Shown piece after piece: positions 46,885 to 58,954 of a stretch of DNA of 64,000 nt (position 1 is its first letter; every line of letters starts with the position of its first letter). This stretch comes from Antedon mediterranea (lineage: Eukaryota; Animalia; Echinodermata). Made by a program: the position numbers and the translations under genes. Under the pieces are notes generated by a model. It was not told where the DNA came from. It was given only the letters and a program-made list of their open reading frames with translations, and searched no databases. The stretch is taken from positions 25,748,871 through 25,812,870 of the forward strand of contig NC_092676.1 in the NCBI RefSeq assembly GCF_964355755.1, read 5' to 3'.

Positions 46885-49132
46885 ATGGCAGACCAAAGAA
46901 GCAAGTTTGACGATTTGAAATTTGAACTTGGTCAGAAGTATGATGGTAAAGAATACAAGAAACTGAAGTTTTGTCTCTTTGATTATTTACCACTAGGAAC
47001 CCTTACCAATAAACATTCCAATGGAAATACTTTATTCAATGCACTTGATGTCATTAGAGGCAAAGGTGTTATCTCACCTAATGATGTCAGCCTTCTTTTA
47101 GAAATTACAATGCTAACAGGTCCAGTGGATGCCCAAGCACTTGTAGAAGAGTATATAAAAGCTAATCGTAACTATATTCACAATGCAAAGGAAAATAAAT
47201 TGTCGCCATATAGGAGACACCTTTTTAAGGCTGTGGAAATAGCTAAACCAACTGCGTTAACAAATGTTGTCGATAACTATGGATTGAGACAATATGAATA
47301 CAAAAATTTGTGGGATGCCATATTTGAACTGGAAAGTGACACAGTTTTAGCAGATGAACCAGATAAAATTAAGAAATTTGCAAAATATCTTGGAAAGAAA
47401 TCACAGGATGAACTACAAAAAATACAGAGTATGGGTAAATATTTTAGATATACTTTCTGAATTCATAAAATGTACAATTTATTTTGTTTTTTACATAATA
47501 TCCTCTTTGACAGTCATTTTACTTAAGTTATACTTATGATAAAAAGGAAATATTTTCCATTAATTATATTGATTTGTGGAAATAAACTTGCATTTGATTT
47601 GAAATTTACAATAACAATAAATAATATAATTAAAAAAAATGTTTTTTTGTTTTATTAACATTGGAAACAGAACTAAAATTAATGAAAAATCAAAACTTTT
47701 TTTTTTTTTTTAGGTGAAGTTCCTGAACTTTACGAGGATTCTCGTTCCACAGAAAAATCAAAAAGAAAGCTAAAACAGAGAAAACATGAGAAAAAAGATG
47801 AACAGAAAGTGGATGATAAGTCAGAAGACGCAAAACTTCAACAGGCTCAGGAGAATAAAGGTACGAGCATTTTGTATAAGGAAGACAAAATATATAATGA
47901 AGATAACATTGATGATATAGGCCTACAGTATCTTTATTGATGAACCCATAATTATTATTTGCAGGATCATGTTCATTGAATAAAATTTATTTTAGAACAG
48001 TAGGTAGTATTCTAGAATATTTTTATTATTCTACAGTCAATCTTTCAACTCATGAAAATATTCTTTATTCAGAATACTGTATCTAGACCAGGGAGTTGTA
48101 TTTTTAACAACAACTGTATAGACTATGTTGTTGAACAAAAAACAATGCTACAATTTACAGATTATAATGTTTTTGTTTTTGTTTTTTCAATTTCAGGAAT
48201 ATCAAGGACAGCAGCAATCATTTTAGTTGCTGTGATTGCTGCTTCGATATCATATCTTGCATTACAAGGTAAATGAAATTAATGTTTTTGCTGGGTGTAC
48301 ACATGAAATGTTTATCCTTTCTAAAAATCGCAGTATTTGAAAAAGTTATTCAGAATAAATCAAAGTTACGGTTTTTTTCTTTTTTTTTACAGGAATTCTA
48401 TTGTGGTCAGTAATCATTTCTGTAATAATAGTTGCTCTGATTGCTGTTTTTATAGTGTGGAAATTTGATTACATTAAGGGTGCCATTACATCAAATCATG
48501 GTAAATGAAACATGGTATATTATCATTGATGGTTTAAAAAAAAAATGTTTATTAATTATTATTTAAGTTCTAAATTTGTTCATTCAGTAGCTCCAATTCA
48601 TATAGTGTGTGATGTTATTGTTTTATTTGTTTGAATGTTGGTTAATAAAGTTGCCATAAACATTTTTGGCATTTAGTGATTATAATGTTAATAGATAATT
48701 TTAACCACTGGCAAACAAGGTTTTTTTAAAGGCATTTTTTTATATTGTACTTAGTTTAAATTTTCATACACTAAAATATATGAAACAAATCCAGTTATGT
48801 GATGCTCATGATCAATTTTTTTTTTTTGTGTTTCAGAAATCGCATTTTTCATATCAGGATTAATAGTGGCTCTGGTCCCGCTTTTCATAGGATGGATTTT
48901 TTTTCCTTCAAAACATTCATTTGAAATACTAGCAGGTGTATTTTCTACCTTGATTTTCTATGATTTTTTTGTTTGGTGGTTGTGTTTAGGATTTGTTTTA
49001 CCGATTCCTAAAGTTTTACAAATAATAGCCATAGCTGTGGTTATTATCACTGTCCTAGTTGCTGTGGTGCTCTTTGGTAAAGATGTTTTTGATTTGTTGT
49101 CATTTAGGAGTATGCTTAGTGGTATCCTATAA
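46885..49132 (+). CDS. Gene C: divergent tandem-DED + charged linker + 5-6 TM protein, 390 aa. Exons 46885-47434, 47714-47860, 48197-48268, 48393-48500, 48837-49132
   Basis: DED-like KFDDLKFELG...LKFCLFD...LFNAL...ISPNDVSLLLEI, with a second unit starting LSPYRRHLF. All introns are phase-1 GT-AG, 1173 nt open. The C-terminus FGKDVFDLLSFRSMLSGIL matches gene B YGKDALKYVTPFNVLFNILKSILG. Confidence 0.8.
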
Positions 49133-50642
49133 ATTTAAGAAAATGACATACATGTCTTAAAAAATTACATTAAATTTTCATAAATACTGGAATATTTTCA
49201 ACTAAAATTGAGCCTGAAGAATTTTTTAGGAATATTGACCTCTAGGTCATCATAATTTGTTTTTTTGGAGGATAAAAATTGCGCTGATCTATTGGCCAAC
49301 CTAAAAAAAAGGTTTCTCTTTGTAACGCACATGACACGTGTCACAGTATACACATTATGATTTAACATTTTATCGCAAATGCATTATATTATTATATGTT
49401 TTATTATATTCAAAACTTTAGCTGCACATTTTTGGCAAAATCAAACCACATAACTCGGCCCACAATTTTTGTATTCTAAAATAGAGGCCCTTATGACGCT
49501 AAAACATTATCATTATTATTATTTTTTAATTTCTCAAGCCCAAATTTGTACAAATAAACCGTAATTGTTTTATCTTTTTACTCTCATATAATTGAATTCC
49601 ATTTTTACTCAGAGTATTACATTAGGAAAGTTTGTTATCTTTATTAGTTAAATAAATCTAAATCTTGCCTAAGTGAGTACAACAGATGTGTTCTTTCAGT
49701 GGACCCTTAACAACATGAAAAATGAAGATTAAGACTTTTAATGGGCCATTTGGCAGTTTTAATACAGTTTTTTTCATTTCGGTAGAAAAACAGATTTATT
49801 ATAAAAAGACCAAATAGTTTGTTAATATTAATTAAAAACCATTGTCTGCCATTATTCTATTTTTTTCCAATCCAATTTTTGTATAGGGACATTAGGCGTG
49901 ACTTACTATTTTATTGTTTATCATTTTTTTAGATGTACAGTACTTTTATCACCTTGTATGTATATATTTTCTATAATGATTTTCTTAATAAATTCAAATC
50001 AAATCATACTGTGTTATATTTATTTAGTGTAAATATTTAACCATCATAATCATAATGTAATAATTTATGACTGGACTTTCACTCTGTGTCGTACGTGAGA
50101 TTTGTTTTTAACTTTTGATTTTTGAACCGTCATGATGCCACGTGTGTCAGCAGCAGCTACCAAAATCAGATCCTGTTTGACCTAGAAATTCAGTTTTGAC
50201 CGTTTTAAGATTGACGATTTGCAAGGAAAGGCAACAATTCTAAATCATTAGAGGTAAGAAATAAATATCAATATAAAAATGTAGTTTACATAATAATTTA
50301 AATAACATAAACTTAGTTGTTGATCTAGCCCTAGTAGTAGGCTACCCGCTCCAGCCAGTAAGCGTGCAAAGCTAGCAGCTACCAGAGTGTGATGCAGGCT
50401 GACAACAGGCTACTGTATATGGAGGTAGGCTAGGGAAGCTACAGTAGAGTAAACTACTTACAACTACAACACACTATCTAGTGTGATTTGGTTCAAGTTC
50501 TTTTTTCCATACTGCACAAGTTAAAGTTCCAAGATGCGCTGTGCAAAATTTGAACAGAAAAGTTCTGAGCATGCATGGTCCATAATACATGGACAGATGC
50601 CATCATTTCTGTAAAAGTAAAGTATCAGCTTAAAAGGTGGCT

Positions 50643-51560
50643 CTGTCACGCCAAAATCAGTCCGGGCCAAAATCGGTCCGGCGGACCAGTTTTGGCTGCC
50701 AAAATCAGTCCGGGGGACCATTTATGGCTGCCAAAACCTGTCCGGCCGGACCAATTTTGGCCGCCAAAACTGGTCCGGCCTGGATAAAATCGGTCCGGGC
50801 AGTAGGACTGTTTTTGGCCGCCAAATATGGTCCGGTCTTACAAATATATGGTGCGCAATATGAGTCATAATGTATATATCATTAAAAAAAAAAGGCCATG
50901 ATTAGTCATTATATTGAAAACTATGGGGTTTTATTTGTTATTTTAATATTATAAATTAAGCCTGTTTTTTTTATTATCATTATTAGTAGTAACTCATCAA
51001 TAATAAGTACTAATTGTTAGGCTTTTTGTATACAATATGTATCTCTGCCTGTTTTTAATCCATTTTGTTCTTTTTTAACATCTTCGTTTCCCCATGATGT
51101 TAAAAACAATTTAATTTATTAATTATTTATGGTTAATCAATCAATATATCAATTCAATACAATTATTAGAAAAAAATTATCCAATATTGATTAGGCCGAG
51201 GAAGGAAAAAGGCCTCAATCATAAATCAAATCTAGCTGGCAATATCAGCGTCTCATACCCGTTCATGTGAGTGTGTGGCAGGCCGTAATATGAGTGAACA
51301 CCTAAGTCATGTTTTTAGATAAAATACATTTATTTATAGTATTTATCCGACAAGATAACTTACTAATATATATCATGGGATATTTTTATAGCCATAAACA
51401 ATTTAAAACAGCATCATAGGCCTAGTAATTCAATTAAAATCGACAGAAGAAAAGCCCGGACCGATTTTGGCAGTGGCGGACTGCTTTTGGCCACAATTTT
51501 AGAGCCAAAACTGGTCCGGCCGGACCGATTTTGGCCCCGGACCATATTTATCGTGACACC
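50643..51560. mobile_element. Foldback element with CCAAAAxxGGTCCG tandem arms
   Basis: tgtcacg left end and cgtgaca right end; inverted unit arrays at 50650-50840 and 51450-51545. Confidence 0.75.
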
Positions 51561-51693
51561 TCTATCTCTATTTCTATTGTCATAATAACCCCACATACTT
51601 TTTTACAGCAGTATGAGGGCCATAAAGTACAGTACATCCCAATGATCATTCACAGTACATAATTTTAGTCAGATTGGACGTTAACCTATCTAA

Positions 51694-51854
51694 AGCTCTG
51701 TCTACACTATCAAACTTTATGTGACAAAAAATGTGATGTGCCCATATATGGACATGATGATGTCATATCACTACCATACTTGGGCATATCAACACTATAT
51801 TTGGGCACATCACACTTGTTTTTGTCAAATTAGTTTGATAGTGTAGACAGAGCT
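51694..51854. mobile_element. Palindromic Harbinger-like MITE (second copy at about 58780-58932)
   Basis: agctctgtctacactatcaaact...agtttgatagtgtagacagagct with TAA flanks. Confidence 0.85.
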
Positions 51855-51857
51855 TAA

Positions 51858-52280
51858 TACCCCTTTCACACCAAAAGCAAAACTCTGGAGTTGACACCCC
51901 AGTGTTTTGGTAAAAGGTAAAATCAAAAAACTCCAGAGTTCAAAACAGCAGGGTTGAACTGCGGGAACACACCGGTGTTTTGGTGTGAAAAGTACCAAAA
52001 TCAATTTCCGGAGTTTTTGGGGCGCAGTCATCCTTTGACTCAAAAATAGTATTAATAAAACATTACTTCTGAGACTTTTTAAAATAATATGTTAATTAAA
52101 AATATCAATTACATTGATTCTAATGATCGTCACTATGTAAACAAATAAAATAGAGGGCGGTATTTATAATTTAATTTTAGTGTTGCTAGGTTGTGTGAAT
52201 GGGGTATCTCCGGAGTTTCTCGACGTTTCGAATAGTCACAAACCCTGGGGTGTCTCCGGAGTTTTGGTGTGAAAGGGGTA
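51858..52280. mobile_element. MITE abutting the previous element
   Basis: TIR tacccctttcacaccaaaa...ttttggtgtgaaaggggta. Confidence 0.8.
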
Positions 52281-52384
52281 TTTAATAGACATTTGTTAGG
52301 CAGAAACAGTTTCTATTTAAATTTATTGTCTTTATTGTTTTATTTGTACAAATACAAACTCTGAACTTAATTTATAATTATGTG

Positions 52385-54625
52385 CTACCTAACAACAATA
52401 GAGAAATTATTGCATTTGGTTCCATTGTTCAAAATCTGTTTTTTGAACGATGTTTTTGTTGATTCTTTGGTTAACTGAAACATCTTGTAGCTGAGCTTGC
52501 GACTATTGTGAGAAGTTATAAGCGTGAATCCTATGCTATCTAGTATTGCGATAAGATGGTCATGTGTCAAATAGCGTGAGTTGGTCACACAGGCAAGTGG
52601 TAGCACAATCTGAAATAAAGTGTGAAGATATTTTAGAATTTAACATTTTATGTAACAATTATACAAGCCATTGAAAATCTATTTATTTGGTGTTCCATGC
52701 CTAAGATAACCCCACTAAGTCCTTAGATTTGTTTCCAGTATGGTCCTTCTGGTGGTGAATTGGACAGTACATCCGAGAAGATCTCAAATCTTTTTGAAGA
52801 GTGTACTGCGCTCTTTAATGTGCTCACGAGCCATGAGTAATGGTTATACACAATATTAAAGTTTGCAAACATTGCAGTGATGGGTATAGCTCTCAATCCT
52901 CTCCCTCAAACGTTAAGTTACCATACTCAGGTTCTTCATTTCACCATTTTCAGGCCACTATTTCAAAATCCTGGATCTGCCACTGGTACTTACAATCAAA
53001 TATCCCATTTGTTTACAAACTTGTGCACATTTTTTAAGCATCTCTCCACGTCTATGAGGCATACCAACAAAGTTTAAAACAAGACTAAGAACAAGAACAT
53101 CATATACCTTACTTGACTTGACCTGCAGTGAAATACAATGAAAAGATGTTATTGGATAGCTAAAAATTGGGGTGTCCAAGGGTGCTAGTTTTGGTGTCTG
53201 CTTAAAATATACATATTGCTAGTTTTGTCAGCCATAGTTGTGATGTCCGACATTGATAGGGCTGTAGGGCCTACTACTGGGCTGGCATCCAATGCAAGGA
53301 GACTTTCCAAATTGTAAGTGCCCTTTTTGAATATTCACATGCACAATGCTTTCTGTGATTTCAATGGAATACACTACACTTTGTATGCAGACAACAATAA
53401 CATCTTGTATGTATTTATATATCATAGTTGGATAGATGTACTTACTTTTAGATCAAAAAAGTCAGCTTTGAGTATTCCCGGTTGACTGGGATTCAAATCA
53501 ATCGCAGTACTTTCAATCCATTTAAATTTTGTGTAGTTTAACTGCAATGCACCAACATCTAGTAATCTTAATTTCTATAAATAAAAAAACAGGTTTAAGT
53601 TAGGCCTACTTAAAAAGGAGAACCTGGAAATATTTCACATCATTGTCCTTATTTTTTCATTTCTACTGTTCCACATAAAATAAATAAAAGATCAAGAAAA
53701 ACATCTGGTTAAGTCTTTGTTTATGTGTGGAATCTCAAATAAGTTTCAAAAAAGAGCTTTAAGGCTGAGTTTCCAAATAACAATCATTTTTATATGATTG
53801 TTATGACTTACTGTTGGGGTCGATAACCTTATATTGTGTTCTTTCAACTGTCTCACTACCCACTTGGCAGAGTTTGTACTTCCATTCTTAAATTCACCTA
53901 ATCTTGAAGTAGCTTGGTATGTATCTATACCGCCGACCTTTTGAAGTAATAAAACATAATAGTACACAAATTTGAATTGTATAATTACAGTTGTGTGTCT
54001 ACTTGTTGAATACATTGATATGAATTGGTCTGAGAAAAGGCAGTTGGCACATCTGAAATGTCAGTGAGGAATCGCCCAATTTCATTACAATATATAACAA
54101 TATTCTGCTTTAGAGTGAATATTGGCTAGCATTACATCTAAAAGGTACTGAAAGTGCCTGTCTAGTCATGCCAGTTCCATGCATTGCAAGTGCTGAAACC
54201 AGGATCACAACTCCCTGCTGAAACTGATAGGGTTCTGTCAATCCTTCAGAATTACTGTACCTCTTGCAACTGTTTTGTGATCACCTTCATCTTCTGTTTC
54301 TTATTTATTTGTTTGTCTGTATCTGTCTTTAGTTTCTCAAGTTCTTTATTAAGGACATGAAATTGTGAAATCAGCTTGCAGTCTTTCTTTATGTTCTTCC
54401 TAGAAAATCAATAAATTATTATGAAATGGTTAAATAATTTGAATGTAGATGTTGCCGATGATCTTATCATTTGTTCATTCAGTCTTGAGATGTCATTCAA
54501 AGTCAGCCTACTTTTATTTTTAATCAAAGCAAAATATTTTCCGTATTGACTGTTATAAACTATGCCTACCGTTTATATTGTTGACCGTCATTTGTAACAG
54601 GTACACGATACTTTTTCTTCTTCAT
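52385..54625 (-). CDS. BMT2: Bmt2-family 25S/28S rRNA adenine-N1 methyltransferase, 267 aa. Exons 54625-54570, 54399-54261, 53937-53812, 53574-53446, 53122-52994, 52609-52385
   Basis: The spliced 804-nt ORF has ISQFHVLNK, GGIDTYQATS, NSAKW, LRLLDVGAL (SAM motif I), IDLNP, ADFF, LSLVLNFV...RGEML, VLPLACVTNSRY and NNFSIV, all recognisable Bmt2 motifs. Splice sites are canonical. Confidence 0.9.
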
Positions 54626-54794
54626 TCTTTTCACAAGATTCTAGTCTAATCTACTGCAATGATAAAAGATAATTGAAATAGTCTTGTATTACTACTAAAT
54701 TACACCACGCTTCATCATTCAAATACTATTATTATTCAACAACTACTGTACACATACATGTGGTCAATGTTGGATATCGATCTGTATTTATAAT

Positions 54795-55600
54795 TCGCCG
54801 TGGTTAGGATTCCGGCACCGGAACTCAACTGCCCAGCGTTAGGGAATCCGACACGCTATTGCGCATGCCCAGAGCGAAGTAATCGGCGACTCTATACCCT
54901 CATATACACTAAAGATACTGTACTACACTATCTTTGCTAACAGCGATGGATCTATTAATAGCTGCGCCATGGCGAACTATCCTTGCCCATTCATATATAA
55001 ACTTCATATAATTACATATGACTAGTTTTATGATTTTCAAGTACAAAATAAAAGATTTCATAAACGCATTATACTGTAATAACATGCACTGGTATACAAG
55101 TTGATTTGTTGACGGCCGCCGCGCAGATATGATGTGAAAAAACAGAACTGTTTCGGGAAGTCGGGGTCGCAACGCTACCCTATATATTCACTTTCGTACA
55201 TTTCTTGAAATACGCAAGCGTTATGCTACTGGGTAGGCCTGTGTTTTTCTCCCGTTCCGAACTATACTTCCTCTGTCTAATAAAATTACAGCATTACGAT
55301 TCTTAGATAGATACTGATTCTTATCAATATCATAATAATTATTTTAACGCGTGGCGTAGTCGTATTTTAATTATTTAATTCATGTATGGCCTAGGCCAAG
55401 TTTCATCCATCGCTCTCTCTCTCGCTCGTGCAACGACTACAGTAAATCCATATAACAACGTTCGACTCTCGGTGGTGTGGTGCGCGGTCTGTGGCACTAA
55501 GTGTAAGCTATAATTACTTCGCTCTGGCCATGCGCAATAGTGTGTCGGATTCCCTAACGGTGGCAGTTGAATTCCGGTGCCGGAATCCTAACCACGGCGT
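54795..55600. mobile_element. MITE with about 90-bp TIRs, (A)CGCCGTGG termini and a 7-bp TSD
   Basis: cgccgtggttaggattccggcaccggaa is inverted at about 55572-55599; TSD ttataat at 54788-54794 and 55601-55607. Confidence 0.9.
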
Positions 55601-55626
55601 TTATAATTTGTACAACTATTACTAAT

Positions 55627-56373
55627 ACGCCGTGGCTGAAGATACGGTACCGTATTCTAACTTCTGTTTACTAAAGGTACGGTAGAATTGCATTACGTCA
55701 TAACCAGCCAATGGGGTGCTGGTACGTGTGTGACGTCATCGTATAAGGACTTTGTGGATTTTTTTCATATCGCGAAAACAGTGATCAACCGCATTTTCTT
55801 TATGCTTCATTCATCGCTATTATCGCCGTCGTGTGTGAAAAAAACTAAATGTAGCCTACGTCTGTTATTATTATTGAAAAGCCAAAACATTGATTTTAAT
55901 TCTAGAATACAGAAAACCGTTTCAACAGAGGCCTAGGCCTACTTACTACGTACTATAACCTCATGAGTTTGTTTGTGTAGGGAAAGCGATGCCAGGCTGG
56001 AGCCAGCTGCATGTGTGCGCTGATTTCTGTGACTCGTCAGCCCTGGGGCTACTGTCTAAATCATAGTATTTGAGGGCCCCTTTATTGTTTATGGTCACCA
56101 TTGTAAACAAAGTTTAATAAAAAATATAGGCCTAAATAGGCCATTTGGAATAAAAATAAAACCCTCATCTACAGCGCACACACATTTACGCAGCCTGGCG
56201 CCGCCGATAGGAATTCTCTACATATACAACAGACGCGATATGAAAAACAGTCCTTATACGATGACGTCACACACGTCCCACCACTCCATTGGCTGATTAT
56301 GACGTAATGCAATTTTACCGTACCTTTAGTAAACAGAAGTTAGAATACGGTACCGTATCTTTAGCCACGGCGT
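55627..56373. mobile_element. MITE with about 125-bp TIRs, ACGCCGTGG termini and a 7-bp TSD
   Basis: acgccgtggctgaagatacggtaccgtattctaac is inverted at about 56339-56373; TSD tactaat at 55620-55626 and 56374-56380. Confidence 0.9.
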
Positions 56374-58954
56374 TACTAATAATACTATTAGTATTAGTAA
56401 TAATAGATAGGGCCTAGGCTATCTATGCCTAGTAGCCTGGAGTATCTATATATAAATTATGGTTAATTCTGACATAGGCGAGCACAATGCAAAAACTTCT
56501 CTACAAATCTCCGCCTTGGATACCTACCTTATCTATCCGAGATGTACCGCGAAACGTAGATTTGATAACATTAGTGTGCACGCCGACGCTATTGTTCCAT
56601 ATTTATATCTTAGGAAGATATTATAAAGAGTTTTTTAACAACATTTATGATTTCAACATTGGATTTTCCTCTCAATTTCAATTCTTCCCGGTCAAAGTAA
56701 TTTCCGGGTTTAAGATAAGTTCACCTTAGTTTCAAATATTTTCTCTCTTTTATACACAAGGGAGCAGTTAAAATAATAGATTTGACCCTAAAGGTGACTG
56801 GAAACAGGCACTTTGCATCAATCAATACAGTGTCCCTTTGGAAGACGAAAAAAAAATTGGCCATTAATCATAGCCATTTCAGTTTTTTGTTTATTTTAAA
56901 ACATACCACACGTGTGTGAAGGTACAGTAGTTAAATAATAGGAATTATACTGCAAATTAATAAAGATCAAATTAAATATACGCCATAAAGAATCAGAATA
57001 TATTGTGGGGAATAGTATTATAAAATTACATAGGGAGATTTGATAAGACATTTTTCGAGTGAAATCCCGATAGCTGAGTTTTATTGAGTAAGCTTGCAGG
57101 AATAACTGTAGGCTATTTTCCTGTGTCCCGTTAGGACCGAGATGTCTGCCCATGTTGCAAGCCGTAATGTCTTCTTTCTTGGGCCCACTCTGTCACGGCA
57201 GTTAGTTTCAAAAGATGATTAAATTAAATAATGTATTAATAATTATTAGGATGGTATTCATTTGAATAAACGCCTCTCCAATAAAACATCACTTTGAATA
57301 ATAACCCCCCCCCCCCCACAACTCAACTATCTAATAAACGTCCATCCACATATTTATAATAACACAATTAAATACTATTTGTAGTAGAATTCACCGCACT
57401 GTTATCTGCAATTTACCAAGCATTTGTTATTCTTTTTTACCACTTTTCATATCTATGAGAGGATTTCATTTGATTATAAATGTTACCATATTATTAGAAC
57501 TAAAAAATTTAACATATATCCCTAGAATAAGCACCTCCCTCAAATGACCTCCGCCTCCCCAAAGGGCCCTACCAAACAATAAAAACTATACTTTAAAATG
57601 TTATTAATCATCTAAAACACTGTGAAACAAAGTAGTTAAGTTTTACGAATGTCAAGCATTTTCAATAATGGTAACCGACAGAAAATGTGTATAAGGAGAA
57701 CATTATCATTCCGAGAACCATCGTCTACACTTCCTAGAGGGGGAGCGAGCGAAGCGAGCTCACCCTCTAGTCATATTTAATTAATGATAATAAATTAATA
57801 TATTAAGGTTCTAGAAAAATCCTGCTTGGCCTATTCTAGCTAAGATTAGCTAGGCCTAGGTGTCTGCAGGCTAGGAGGGCCTAGGCTCTAGCCTCCTCTA
57901 CAGACTACTGCTGGCGGTAGCCTAGCCTACCGCCCAGCCTACTAGGCCCTATACTAGTAGGTAGAGCCTTGCTTGGCCTAATAGTTTAGGCCTAGTTTTA
58001 GATAGGTTTATAATATATATATGCCTATGAACGTTCGTAACTGAACTGGTAAGCCAGTATATCATATTTAATTAGTCAATATTAGTAATAAATTATTGTC
58101 AAATTGAGATATTTACAAATAGTTTTGCAGATCAGAATTCGGTAAAGTTTCTGCGATCACAAAAACATGTGCGTCGTTGAGGGTGCACTACCAACACATG
58201 CTATGGGAACGCACTAGGGGTATTATAAACAAGAAATATTTCTTACAAAAAACGCCGCGTAACTTTTTGACTGGACAGTTGTAAGAACAGTCTTCATTAA
58301 TCTAATATAATAGGTCGGCCAATCAAAACGCAAGTGAACAATTGGGACTTTACTAATTGTGATTTATGTCATTGGCCTGTCAGCACAGTCGTTTCTTTCT
58401 AGAATTAAACGCACAAACTTGTATTGGGAATAATGTATGTGGTTATTACTATCGCATTTAGGTATTGATAATAATAATAATATGGCTTTTGAATATATAA
58501 TTACTGTCTGTAGAATAACATTTATACATTTTCGGTTCGCGATGAAAAGTTATATGAATGGATTTGTAATAGGTATTTATAATAATAGTATATGGGTTGT
58601 ATTATTGCTAAGCTATCACCAAATCGCGTTATAACATTATTTCTCAGGGTTTTTTGCACCATTGATCAATACCAAACGCGTATCGGTATTATAGTTTTTA
58701 ATGAATCATTACATTAATAAAAATACCCAATTAAATCAATCGCGTCAGTCCAATTCCGACTTATGTTTCGATCGCATAGTTCTCTGTCTACACTGTCCCA
58801 ACTAGTTTAACAAAAAAAGTGTGATGTGCCCAAATATGGTAGTGATATGCCCGAATATCGTAGTGATATGACATCGTCATGTCTATATAATATGGGCACA
58901 TCATATTTAGTTTGATAGTATAGACAGAGCTTAAGGATTATATTTAAAAAATGT

